Source: a virus (taxonomy: Duplodnaviria > Caudoviricetes). Taken from it: a stretch of 64,000 nucleotides of DNA. The notes below the pieces were generated by a model. It had not been told where the DNA came from. It ran no database searches and saw only the letters and a program-made list of their open reading frames with translations. Below, one piece after another: positions 29,201 to 38,122 of the stretch (its first letter is position 1; the number at the start of each line of letters is the position of its first letter). A program made the translations under genes and the position numbers. The DNA lies in IMG/VR virus record IMGVR_UViG_2595698668_000001, positions 96,001 through 160,000 of that record. One strand, given 5' to 3'.

Positions 29201-29996
29201 ACTGCCCAGACGTATCAAGAGAACTGACATATCCGGAAGTTACGGAAGTATTTCCGTTGTATCCAATATAATATAGTCTTATTGATTCACCTGCCGCAGC
29301 CGCAAGGTCGTCCCTATACGTCTCTAGAGTGAATCTGAGGGTTTCCCCCCAATTAACCACCATATCAGATATAAGGGTTTTATTCATGAATGTTTTGAAT
29401 TCCGCTGTTTTTGATTTTGCGTTTATATATTCCTGTTGGTCTGAGATGATATTGTTTCCATATCCAACAACACCAATATCATTGAACGTATCAAAAACAA
29501 CTTCTAGAGAAACATTTATAAACGAACTAACCCCAAATTGTTCTACCATAATCTTTTTGAGACCACAGTCATATATTGCAGCGTATCGGGTGTTCTGTGT
29601 GTTTGTTGATGGATTCCAATGATTTGACCAACCAATACATCCAATCTTTTTGAAATAGTTGTTGATTGATGTAGTTGTTATGTTTTCACCATGAGAGATC
29701 ATTAGAATAATCCCACTACCAATGGAATTGATCCAACCTTCAAACCGATTTACGTCAGTTTGATTCTTAAAATTAAAAACGTCTCTGATTCCAACACTAA
29801 GGTCGTTGTTTATACTGATGCACTCAAGACCGTCTATTTCGACTGGGTTGATTGAGTATCCATTGATAGACGCAATTTTATTTTGAGTGTCTGTTTTTGG
29901 GGATATCTTGATCTGATTTAATCCAGAAAAGTTCTCTGATAATTTATTAGACTTGATACCACCGTTTGAAATACTTGATATAACAAGTTCGGCCAT
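26217..29996 (-). CDS. 35: long tail fibre hinge connector gp35-like protein with large C-terminal extension
   Basis: Directly downstream of gene 34; N-terminal ~350 aa resemble gp35 (YAAIYD...KKIMVEQ, FDTFNDIGVVGYG); beta-rich extension. Confidence 0.75.
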   Translation of the reverse strand: MAELVISSISNGGIKSNKLSENFSGLNQIKISPKTDTQNKIASINGYSINPVEIDGLECISINNDLSVGIRDVFNFKNQTDVNRFEGWINSIGSGIILMISHGENITTTSINNYFKKIGCIGWSNHWNPSTNTQNTRYAAIYDCGLKKIMVEQFGVSSFINVSLEVVFDTFNDIGVVGYGNNIISDQQEYINAKSKTAEFKTFMNKTLISDMVVNWGETLRFTLETYRDDLAAAAGESIRLYYIGYNGNTSVTSGYVSSLDTSGQWDFVYNDFVVPTTIDRLTVYATSWPVKSQYVGTTGVRTVSVFRKKPVVVKSGTASIGQWGFITEDAIETSGDIVGRIKEKNITAFEYGNLENVSFPHFTYNDGKYIKDPKLVVGKKFSYFISMVYTDTNVPVNRVGSGSDDTIFIGMTTKTHPTGMGHIVTYAGKTITTNEIISCNKEYLYKLEIDSPSMKFYVNGVLVGSTTIEDLARREFEEIRVGSEMSGYIISSEYEDYEIPNNSRYYEYPQSEKLPFIKGSSPASGVYYSGSNITPDAGGGWLYCGIGSQLIPAGMKTGSKAYVTIVENNGATLNTGIEMNKRYEVIAERQSAQGLQPRHMFFFRKDGVNWISAGNMTNLKFDVDCYTDPDIISEKPTISWVKNNKYTFNFNGGTMVDIPPVYLINKSGYTTFNFIFGNVDFNMYLLDGRSSNAQELQGGWLYISRQKVLTFSSTYMSIVQLDGKPYNGEAITPNIPHSIVVELKKGSVIRNIGGRYSKTECLNGQIWDINIVGDNDSRSYINTQESRFNYYSTGIEDQNNAGVLVYDTVDLSKWKMSDDLNSPISVVSNNRFKFVKDVSEGGMTYHLNLPAKGRYRIEYDIDCPRPLFLKDVYGTTVGVGQILKSLPYGRFKGVIYHNHTESSHDSGLYICVPNARNGDVVTVRSLVAYSTKTDAIGYNVAGASYFFNTFEEPQMIGNTMSSWVPNLSNNNYLNILPAWLPQKDSWRLRFIGDNFSSGYYLDNTDKTHGIFITLSSTTLQFVVKNRGSNISNITINHGMTVGKEFDIDIQYNFPNLYIRTNSVISNSTYNHVDGISSDMCMRNSSSIIKQIDMIESTNTVSSSRVYNLVDNGYIIPENDIIQNTLTFRKKLRSVLLKTGGGVVGWDSVLGDVAGNGRLKDDIYIYNDKISKIVSGGSTHSMIIEFEGKVTPYSQLEVTLKIGGILQTKYAYIGTGNYVVSKDIDVDNWLEPSSQYKVIDIRPIGLVGVKLQTVNWKKV

Positions 29997-30012
29997 TATA
30001 TTGCCCCTATGA

Positions 30013-30037
30013 AAAAGCCACCCCGTAGGATGGCTTT
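30013..30037 (-). terminator. GCCATCC-TACG-GGGTGGC hairpin terminator between genes 34 and 35
   Basis: Stem-loop plus T tract; same hairpin recurs at 51241. Confidence 0.7.
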
Positions 30038-30043
30038 GTTTTA

Positions 30044-33000
30044 TTAACTGATCCAAACAAAGTCAACAGACTTGGTAGTTGGGTTTGCTCTTATTTCTAA
30101 GAATTCCCCGTTACCAACTGCTATCCTAAGTTTATTTACGGTTGTTGTTCCATTCAGGTTAGAATCACCATTTACGGTTAGTGCTTTCACCGAATTGATG
30201 ATAAGCTCACCTGTCATGGTATCACCGCCCTTAAACACACGAGAACCAGATGTAGTATTCATATCGTCTATCACGGAATCCAGATAGTCTTTACGAATTG
30301 CATCATCAGGGTCAATCGGTAATGCACTTCCTATCTTAACTTGAGCATTTACCTTTAAGTCACCATTTGATTCAAACGATGATGTATTGGATGGCGAAGA
30401 TAGACCGTTAGGGCGAATTTGTAATCCACCAAGAGAACCAATATTCAAACTCTCGTTTGAGTTTATGGTTATCCCACTCTTAGAAGTATTACCCATCCAT
30501 ATGTTTTGAACACCACTGTTCTTAAAATATGTAGTATTAACAAAAGTTTTGCTTCCGGTAATAGTTTCTGCGAAGTTACCCGGTCCACGAACATATCTTT
30601 CTTCTGCATAAGCAAAACGAACAAGGTGATTTCCTGACGTTGGGTTCTGTCCGCCGTTTTGAACTTGGTTGGTGAATATTGCGTTACCATCACGTTCGAC
30701 AGTAAAGATCCTATAGTATCTACTGTTTTCGTCCATTGCGTTAAGGATTAATGGACCATCAATCGTGTTTACACCAAGATCCAAAAACGCATTGCTACCC
30801 TGACGTTTCCACTGGATCATGGATACATGAGATGTAGTCGATGTTTCGTTGAGGTAGAAATAAGGTCTAATCTTCTCAATAGACGGATTTGCAGTAAACG
30901 TCATTTCACCGGTTATTGTTTGTGCAATAGTACGACGAACCCAATCAGTTGAAGGTATACGGTTTCCACCAACCTCCATTGCACTGGCACTTACAGCCAC
31001 CGCTTTTAGTGGTAGGAAATTGGCTAATGCTGTATTCAAACCTCTTGGGGAAACCAATACATCCCCGTGTGCATAACCGGTTAATGCTCTTGTAGAACCA
31101 AGAATATCATTACCTTCAAACACAGAGTTGGCGGAGTTGTTGTTTGACAATATCGCAGTAATACCAACACCATATCTGGTATCCGTCATTCTATATCCTG
31201 CACTATTTCTAGAGCTGGTCAGAGCGGTTAACGGGGTTAGATATTTTGTGTTGTTAGTACCGGTATCAACCTCAGATTGAGTTGCAATTTGCGACAAACC
31301 AGTTTGGGTTGTAGTTGCCAACCTAGCACTCAGTTTCTTTGGAGTTACGATAATTTCGTCATTTGCGGTTCCGGTCATATCGTTTACTTCGATCTGAGTT
31401 GCAATTCTCGCAGTACCTCGTTGTGACTCAGTAGGAATAACGATATTAAAAGATTGACCTTCCCAGATGTTACCAACTGTTCTAAGTCCTGCTGTATCAA
31501 ATACAGTCAGTCTTTCTCTAGCCAACCAATTACCAAATGTTTTTGGAGTAACAAACCATTTGTCATGTAATGTCCCTGCATCTACTTCCGCTTGTGTTGC
31601 GGTTTCGGACAAACCCCAACGGGCTTCCGTTGCAGTTCTGCTTACAAGTCCTTTTATGCTAACGTGTACGTTGTCACCAGCCGGTGGGGTGTTGCTAAGT
31701 ACTTCTGCGGCGGTTGCAGCCCTTGACAACCCGGTTAGTGATGCTGTAGCCTGACGTCCTTCTAGGGTGGTCGCTGTTACTACTAACGCACCAGTTGCGG
31801 TGTCAGCAGTACCTGTGTTAACCTCCCCTTGGTTGGCAATGTACACCATACCTTGTGAAAACTCAGTTGCATTTTTCTCAAATAGAGTTTTCGGAGTGAT
31901 TACCTTGCTATGATCGTTATAATCATAAACACCTGTACCCGGAGTTGTTCTTGTGGTAGGCTTAGTTCCATTAGCTGAGACAAGAGCCGATAAACCAGTC
32001 ATAGACTCGGTGGCAACTCTACCGTTTAGGGTAGATGGTGTGATTGCAACTTGAGCCCAGTTTTCACCAGAACCGGATTGTGCGTTTGCTTGACTCTGTG
32101 TCGCTACCTTCAACAACCCACGCATTGTTGTTGTAGATAGACGGTCGTTTAACAGGAACGGGCTTATTGCCACCCCAGACCATGCTTCATCGGATAGGTT
32201 TCCACTAACTGCCTTGGATTCGCCATTAGATGCATATCGGGTGATACCACGACGGACGGTACTTGCCGTTTTATTAGCCAATGTTTCTGCGGTAACAAAA
32301 TCCTCACAATCTGGGTTTTGACCGGTGGTGATCTCTTCTTTGTTCTTGTTTACAGATGCTTGAGAAGCAATAGCAGCCATACCATAAAATTCTGGTACAT
32401 TGCGGTCTACCCGATACGGAATCTCCGACATAGTAACAACAGACCAAACGTCTTTACCAGAACCCAGAGCATTTGTGAAGTACACAAATTCCCACTGTTC
32501 CCCCCGGTTTTGGATATCAAATGACTGAGTTTTTACGGTCTTTGATTCCATATTAGCGAGAAAATCACGATACGAGCTGATCCGTGGATTCATCAACGTA
32601 TTTCCATCCGGAACAAAGAAATCATTTGTGCTGGTTGCGTCGATGTTTAAAGTTAAAGTAGAACCCCTTTTCATGTATCGTGTGTCTATAAAGAAGCTAT
32701 CACCTCTTGCAGCATCGCGGGGGAATGTAATGTTGACAGTCGAGGGTGTTTCAGTATAAACTACTAGTCGGTCGTTTGGTTGACCCAAGTATGTAGATGT
32801 TTTAACGCTTTTCCAACGACTATAGCTATCAGAATCAAAAACTCGCCATGCGTTGAGGGTTGAATCAAAGACAAACATACCCCAATCAGTAGAATCGAAA
32901 ACAACCGTTTTCATTGGGGTCGATCCGTATTCAACTATGATGTTGTGGCTACTACCCGGATGAACGTTTACGGTTGTCTTTGTTACTGGGTTATTACCAT

Positions 33001-33736
33001 CAAGGTCATATGTGGTAATGGTATCACCGTTTCTGGCGAATTTTGGTAGTTGGATCTTAATTCCACCTGCATATCTGGTTTCTCTCATCAACTGATCGCC
33101 AACAATGGATTTATAATATCCACCTGCTGGGTATGACTTGTTGCTAATAAATGATTTGTTTACATCACCAGCGTATTCAGTTTGAACAAACCATTCACTA
33201 CCATTCAAAATGAAGTAGTTGGATGAATTTTTGGCGGTAATTTTATAAGAAGCCAAACCGGAAATAGTTCTTCCATTACCAGAAACATCTATGGTATAAT
33301 CGTGAAGATTAGAACCATTATCTCTGATAACAATAACGTCCCCATTAAGGGCATTAGTTGGTAGGGTAAATGTTACGTCACTACTTATGGTCTGTGCCAA
33401 GATGTGATCGCCAGCAGAAAGATTTGTCAACGCTGGTGCATTAGTCGTAACCAGCTTCCAACTTGGGTCTGTACGTACTGGTTTCCATTTTACCGGGTTG
33501 AATGCCTCTGGTGAGGTTATATCAACTTGACTTAGGTATATGCGGTTATCATAGATAACAGCAAAGTTTTTGTCGTATGTTCTAGTTGCGTCATATAGTT
33601 GGATTGTGTTTTCTTGTACAAAGAAATCGACACTCACACCATCCATCTTTGAGTTAATATCGGGATATCCGACGTTAACTATTTTTTGACCTGCGGCATC
33701 TAAGCCGTCGGTAACGCGAAACGGAATTGAAGACAT
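30044..33736 (-). CDS. 34: long tail fibre proximal subunit gp34
   Basis: FRVTDGLDAAGQKIVNV start, RTDPSW, repeated ATQxEVxxG...VTPKTL units; divergent from rnh. Confidence 0.95.
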   Translation of the reverse strand: MSSIPFRVTDGLDAAGQKIVNVGYPDINSKMDGVSVDFFVQENTIQLYDATRTYDKNFAVIYDNRIYLSQVDITSPEAFNPVKWKPVRTDPSWKLVTTNAPALTNLSAGDHILAQTISSDVTFTLPTNALNGDVIVIRDNGSNLHDYTIDVSGNGRTISGLASYKITAKNSSNYFILNGSEWFVQTEYAGDVNKSFISNKSYPAGGYYKSIVGDQLMRETRYAGGIKIQLPKFARNGDTITTYDLDGNNPVTKTTVNVHPGSSHNIIVEYGSTPMKTVVFDSTDWGMFVFDSTLNAWRVFDSDSYSRWKSVKTSTYLGQPNDRLVVYTETPSTVNITFPRDAARGDSFFIDTRYMKRGSTLTLNIDATSTNDFFVPDGNTLMNPRISSYRDFLANMESKTVKTQSFDIQNRGEQWEFVYFTNALGSGKDVWSVVTMSEIPYRVDRNVPEFYGMAAIASQASVNKNKEEITTGQNPDCEDFVTAETLANKTASTVRRGITRYASNGESKAVSGNLSDEAWSGVAISPFLLNDRLSTTTMRGLLKVATQSQANAQSGSGENWAQVAITPSTLNGRVATESMTGLSALVSANGTKPTTRTTPGTGVYDYNDHSKVITPKTLFEKNATEFSQGMVYIANQGEVNTGTADTATGALVVTATTLEGRQATASLTGLSRAATAAEVLSNTPPAGDNVHVSIKGLVSRTATEARWGLSETATQAEVDAGTLHDKWFVTPKTFGNWLARERLTVFDTAGLRTVGNIWEGQSFNIVIPTESQRGTARIATQIEVNDMTGTANDEIIVTPKKLSARLATTTQTGLSQIATQSEVDTGTNNTKYLTPLTALTSSRNSAGYRMTDTRYGVGITAILSNNNSANSVFEGNDILGSTRALTGYAHGDVLVSPRGLNTALANFLPLKAVAVSASAMEVGGNRIPSTDWVRRTIAQTITGEMTFTANPSIEKIRPYFYLNETSTTSHVSMIQWKRQGSNAFLDLGVNTIDGPLILNAMDENSRYYRIFTVERDGNAIFTNQVQNGGQNPTSGNHLVRFAYAEERYVRGPGNFAETITGSKTFVNTTYFKNSGVQNIWMGNTSKSGITINSNESLNIGSLGGLQIRPNGLSSPSNTSSFESNGDLKVNAQVKIGSALPIDPDDAIRKDYLDSVIDDMNTTSGSRVFKGGDTMTGELIINSVKALTVNGDSNLNGTTTVNKLRIAVGNGEFLEIRANPTTKSVDFVWIS

Positions 33737-33794
33737 TTACAAGATCCTCTTGTGTTAGAATTAGTTATCATATATTATTTAGGGAGATTAACAG

Positions 33795-34730
33795 ATGTCA
33801 TTATTTGACAATCCAGATCTTGGGCTAACTGGCGAACCCAATATTCAACTAATAGATTATAGCCAAATAGTAATTTCAAATTTGATGTTTTACTTCAAAC
33901 CGGAAGATATCATCACTCCAAAAATCATTCGTAATATCATCATCGATGCATTGCGTTCTCATGTTTTGAAAAACAAAAATGATTATCCAAATATCATTAT
34001 TGCAATAGATTCCGTTGATGGATATTGGCGACGGGATGTAGCGCCGTATTATAAAAAGAGTCGGATCGCCAAAAAAGAAGAAAGTGGTTACGATTGGAAA
34101 GCTATTGGTGAAGCAATGACCGAAGTTCGGAAAGAAATTGCGCAATACCTTCCGTATAAGACTATTTATGTTCCGGGTGCAGAAGCAGATGATATTTTTG
34201 GTGTTTTGATAAAATACTTCAAAGAGAAAGACCCAGATGTTAAGATACACATAACGTCAGCAGATGGAGACTTTACCCAGCTTCAAAAGTGGAAAGGTGT
34301 TCGTCAATGGAACCCAATGCATAAGAAATGGGTTAAACCTGAACATGGTAGCGCCCAACGGGATCTCCTTTATAAAATTGTAAAGGGTGATACCAAGGAC
34401 TCCATCGCAAATATCTACTCTCCGTCTGACCTTATTTATAAAAATAGTCTTCTGGAAAAAGAAGACCGAGTGAGACAGAAATCAATTCGAAAAGAATTGC
34501 TGGCAAGTGTATTTACTGCCAAGGAACCAAAATCGCTTTTTGAAGGTGATGTATTGGAAAGATTTGAAGAAAATGAAAAATTAATTGATTTTAACTTCAT
34601 CCCCGATGATATTTCTGCTAAAATACTCACAGAATATCATTCTTTCAAAGTTCCAGCTCGTGGTAAAATCACAAATTACTTTATCTCTTCTGGTATGTCA
34701 GAAATGATCGGAAAAGAATCTGAATTTTAA
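33795..34730 (+). CDS. rnh: RNase H / 5'-3' exonuclease
   Basis: LIDYSQI, YWRR..YYKKSR, EADD, SADGDFTQL, KGDTKD. Confidence 0.97.
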   Translation: MSLFDNPDLGLTGEPNIQLIDYSQIVISNLMFYFKPEDIITPKIIRNIIIDALRSHVLKNKNDYPNIIIAIDSVDGYWRRDVAPYYKKSRIAKKEESGYDWKAIGEAMTEVRKEIAQYLPYKTIYVPGAEADDIFGVLIKYFKEKDPDVKIHITSADGDFTQLQKWKGVRQWNPMHKKWVKPEHGSAQRDLLYKIVKGDTKDSIANIYSPSDLIYKNSLLEKEDRVRQKSIRKELLASVFTAKEPKSLFEGDVLERFEENEKLIDFNFIPDDISAKILTEYHSFKVPARGKITNYFISSGMSEMIGKESEF

Positions 34731-34745
34731 TTGAGGAAATATAAT

Positions 34746-35069
34746 ATGGCTCGTGAAGCAAAAGAAAAACCTATTTTTAATATCCATTCTTCTAAGCAAG
34801 AACTTATTCAACTAGTAAAAACTTGCTATGAACATCACACCAAGATCTCTATCGAGAAGGAAGGTATCAAAGCCGCTAAAGATGCAGCAAAGGCGATGGG
34901 TGTGGATGGTAAGCGTTTCAATAAGGTTCTGAAAATGTATCTTGATCAGAACCGTGACGAAGTAGAACAAGAAAACGAAGAAGCAATCGACCTCTTTGAT
35001 ACTCTGTTTGTTAATGGTATGAAACAACAATCCCACGACTTTGATGATGAAGTTGAGGAAGATGAATAA
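34746..35069 (+). CDS. dsbA: dsDNA-binding protein DsbA
   Basis: GVDGKRFNKVLKMY; synteny rnh-dsbA-33. Confidence 0.88.
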   Translation: MAREAKEKPIFNIHSSKQELIQLVKTCYEHHTKISIEKEGIKAAKDAAKAMGVDGKRFNKVLKMYLDQNRDEVEQENEEAIDLFDTLFVNGMKQQSHDFDDEVEEDE

Positions 35070-35308
35070 TGGCTACAGAAAACGATAAGATTGAATTCTC
35101 TAAGAGAGTTGAAGAACTAGCAGAGGCTCAAGGTTTGAGCCTGCTTACCGCCTGCTTTGAAGTGGCTGACGAACAATCGGTGGAAGAGGATCAGATCCAT
35201 TCACATATCCACCCTGTTTTAAAAGAGAAAATTCGAATGGAAGCTATCAGTAACCGAGTACTTCGAGTTGAACAAGAAAATAACTTGGACTTTCTATTTA
35301 ACCAATGA
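35069..35308 (+). CDS. 33: late transcription co-activator gp33
   Basis: LKEKIRMEAI...LR...NNLDFLF. Confidence 0.9.
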   Translation: MATENDKIEFSKRVEELAEAQGLSLLTACFEVADEQSVEEDQIHSHIHPVLKEKIRMEAISNRVLRVEQENNLDFLFNQ

Positions 35309-35970
35309 TTAAACTAATTCTCCCTCCAAAACCAATGATTACGATTGATGGGAGAAGCTGTTATCGCCTTTATAGGTCTTTAAAGACCCAATTTTCGAAC
35401 CCTAAATATCAGGTGGTTAAAGGTGGTGATTGGAAACTCCTAAATACATCGGAAGCAACCTATAATAAAATGGCTCGAAAGCACATTTACGAAAGGTTGG
35501 CGAAGAAATATAATCTGGGTACTCTCTGTGGTATAATGATCACGAATCTGTGTTCTAATCCGGATATGTGGGGTGGTGAATTCGGTGGTGAAGACGCCCA
35601 CGATCATTACTTAAAAACTACCGGTAAATATGAGAGAATGAGTATAGTCTTTAAGAAAGAAATTCAAGACTTACTCAGGAAATCAAAATCAAAAGGTGTA
35701 TCGTTCCGTGATATGATACTACCGACTGATGGTCAACCTTGGTTATTTAAATACGTCCAACAAGACGTTATTAGTTATGAAACGATGTTGCTTTTGGATT
35801 CATTATTCAATTTCATTGATTCGTATGATAAATTAAACGACCATGTTTGGCAGAACGGTTATTCTAGCCGTATCAAAGCTTATCGTAGCTTAGTTAAAAT
35901 AGATAAAGAAAAAGTAAGAAAACATTTCAAAAAAATAATCGAAGATTACAAAGAACTAAACAATATCTAA
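35305..35970 (+). CDS. 59: helicase loader gp59
   Basis: MIKLILPP...IDGRSCYRLY, ISYETMLLLDS, RIKAY. Confidence 0.92.
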   Translation: MIKLILPPKPMITIDGRSCYRLYRSLKTQFSNPKYQVVKGGDWKLLNTSEATYNKMARKHIYERLAKKYNLGTLCGIMITNLCSNPDMWGGEFGGEDAHDHYLKTTGKYERMSIVFKKEIQDLLRKSKSKGVSFRDMILPTDGQPWLFKYVQQDVISYETMLLLDSLFNFIDSYDKLNDHVWQNGYSSRIKAYRSLVKIDKEKVRKHFKKIIEDYKELNNI

Positions 35971-35994
35971 AAATAATCCAAAGGAAAATAAAAT

Positions 35995-36966
35995 ATGTCT
36001 ACTGCATTTGTTCGTCGTAAAAAAGACCCGTCCGCCCTGCAAGCTCAACTGGAAGCTGTATCTAACAAAGGTGGTTTCCAACAAGACCTGACTGAATGGA
36101 AACTGACTGTTGATAAGAAAACCAAAGAAGGCTCCGCTATCATTCGTTTCCTGCAACCTAGTGATCTGGAAGGTATGGAAGATTGGCCCACCATCGTGAC
36201 CATCTCTAACCACTTTGTAGAGCGCGGTGGTAAGTACTACGTAGAAAACTGTACCGGTGGTACTCACAAGAATTACGACGGCTGCCCTGTGTGTCAATGG
36301 CGTAATGCTCAAGGTTGGGACTGGTCTAGCGAAGCTGATAAGAAAGCTGCTCGTGAAACTGGAACCAGTATCAATACCAACTACTGGGCTAACATCATGG
36401 TCATCAAAGACCCGGCTAACCCAGATAATGAAGGTAAAGTATTCAAATACCGTTTTGGTGTTACCATCCTGAAAATGATTCAAGCCGCTGCCGCTGGTGA
36501 TGAGGAAATGGGTGAAGCCAAGATTACCGTTACTGATCTGGACGAAGGCGCTAACTTCCTGCTCCGTTCTACCAAGAAGAACGAAAAGAATGGTACTCTG
36601 GAAACTTCCAAGTTCCAGCCGGTTGGTCCTCTTCCGGGTATTGAAAAGCCGGAAGTTCAGAAGGCAATTCTGGAAGGTATGCAGGATCTGCGTAAGATTG
36701 TAGCTGCTGACCAATTCAAGCCCTATGATGAACTCAAGAAGAAGTTTGATACTATTATGGGTGTTCGTGGTTCTACTGCTTCTGCAAAGAAAGCTGATCA
36801 AGAACTCGATTCATTCGAAGCAGATATGAAAAACTTCGAAGCAAGCACCACTTCCAAACAGGAAGTAAAGAAAGATGATACCGACGAACTGGCTAAAGCT
36901 GTGTCAGAAAGTGTAGGTTCCTCTGATGGTGATGACGACCTAGACGCTCTGTTGGCTGGTCTGTAA
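35995..36966 (+). CDS. 32: single-stranded DNA-binding protein gp32
   Basis: AIIRFL, H...ENC...CPVC Zn ligands, YWANI.VIKDP, acidic tail DDDLDALLAGL. Confidence 0.98.
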   Translation: MSTAFVRRKKDPSALQAQLEAVSNKGGFQQDLTEWKLTVDKKTKEGSAIIRFLQPSDLEGMEDWPTIVTISNHFVERGGKYYVENCTGGTHKNYDGCPVCQWRNAQGWDWSSEADKKAARETGTSINTNYWANIMVIKDPANPDNEGKVFKYRFGVTILKMIQAAAAGDEEMGEAKITVTDLDEGANFLLRSTKKNEKNGTLETSKFQPVGPLPGIEKPEVQKAILEGMQDLRKIVAADQFKPYDELKKKFDTIMGVRGSTASAKKADQELDSFEADMKNFEASTTSKQEVKKDDTDELAKAVSESVGSSDGDDDLDALLAGL

Positions 36967-36972
36967 GAATTC

Positions 36973-36999
36973 AAAAAGAGACCTTCGGGTCTCTTTTTT
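36973..36999 (+). terminator. cUUCGg terminator after gene 32
   Basis: aaagagacc-ttcg-ggtctcttttt. Confidence 0.9.
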
Positions 37000-37000
37000 A

Positions 37001-37031
37001 GTTTACAACGTATGAAATTTTGTGATAGAAT
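37001..37031 (+). promoter_or_regulatory. T4-type early promoter
   Basis: GTTTACA -35 and TGTGATAGAAT extended -10. Confidence 0.65.
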
Positions 37032-37055
37032 GATTTAAAACATAATGAGGTGAAA

Positions 37056-37658
37056 ATGAAAAGTGCATTTCTAACAGACATTGATGGTGTATGTGTTTCA
37101 TGGCAAAGTAATCTACCGTTCTTTGCGGCTGAACATAACCTACCGACTGACGTAATTATCGAGATGATGATGGACGAGAAGTTTAGACCGATGAGCGAGA
37201 TTTTTAATTGCTCCCCTGCATTTGGTGAACAACTTCTCAGGAAATACAATGAAAGTAAGTGGATTCGTGGTCTCAAACCTTATAACGATGCACTGAAATT
37301 CATCAATGAAAATAAAGATGAATTCGATTTCATTGGTATTACTGCTTTGGGAACTAAGTTCGAAGTTGCTGCAAACCGGATGTCGAACCTGAACGTATTA
37401 TTTCCCGGTGCGTTTCGTGAAGTTCTGATCTGTGATCATAACGAAAGTAAAGAGAAACTGTTTGAAGAGGCATTTCAACACTATGGAAATCGGATAGTAA
37501 CTTACGTGGATGATCTACCTCATCACTGTGATATGGCTCGTAAGGTGCTAAATGACCGTTGTGGACTCAATATCCCAGTTTATGAAATGAACCGCCGTAA
37601 TAGCGACAAATCCGAATTCGTAGTTAACGATTTCAGTCAACTAGTAGGTAAAATTTAA
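37056..37658 (+). CDS. HAD-superfamily protein (T4 30.2-like)
   Basis: LTDIDGVCVSWQSNLPFF, NLNVLFPGAF, YVDDL. Confidence 0.85.
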   Translation: MKSAFLTDIDGVCVSWQSNLPFFAAEHNLPTDVIIEMMMDEKFRPMSEIFNCSPAFGEQLLRKYNESKWIRGLKPYNDALKFINENKDEFDFIGITALGTKFEVAANRMSNLNVLFPGAFREVLICDHNESKEKLFEEAFQHYGNRIVTYVDDLPHHCDMARKVLNDRCGLNIPVYEMNRRNSDKSEFVVNDFSQLVGKI

Positions 37659-38119
37659 TGCAATATGAAGTAATTTGTGATGAAACAAATAATCCGATGT
37701 TAAATATTCAGTCTCCTGTTCCAACCTATTCTGTACCTCGCAGGGGGTACGTTTTTGTGCATCGTGGGATCTCTGGTATCTATGCTGGTATTCAGCTTGC
37801 ACATGCACTCGCACGACTTGTACATGACCAATACGCAAATACTGATATGATTGAGTGGATCCAAAACCACGAAACGCTGGTTGCTCTTGATGGTGGTAAT
37901 TCCGATAATATGAACCAGATTATGGGAATTTTGTATGGGGCAGATAATGTATTTTCGGCGTTTGAAGAACCCGATATGAACAATATGGTTACTGCAATTG
38001 CATATGTTCCATCTGAGGATGAAATGTTGGATATCGAATTCTATAAAAATAACAAGGAATTGATCCCTACAAATCCAGTAATCGATCTCCTTATTAAAAC
38101 TCGCACTCACAAAGGTTAA
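37658..38119 (+). CDS. PTH2-like peptidyl-tRNA hydrolase-fold protein
   Basis: YVFV...GIQLAHA...WIQNHETLVAL...FEEPDMNNMVTAIA. Confidence 0.65.
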   Translation: MQYEVICDETNNPMLNIQSPVPTYSVPRRGYVFVHRGISGIYAGIQLAHALARLVHDQYANTDMIEWIQNHETLVALDGGNSDNMNQIMGILYGADNVFSAFEEPDMNNMVTAIAYVPSEDEMLDIEFYKNNKELIPTNPVIDLLIKTRTHKG

Positions 38120-38122
38120 TAT

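Noticed and set aside
31200-32400. Repeating units within gene 34
   Set aside because: Normal degenerate protein repeats of gp34, not a DNA repeat array
35956-36801. 281-aa ORF antisense to gene 32, and similar ones opposite rnlB, 47, 45, 44 and 18
   Set aside because: Shadow ORFs of conserved genes with no independent coding evidence
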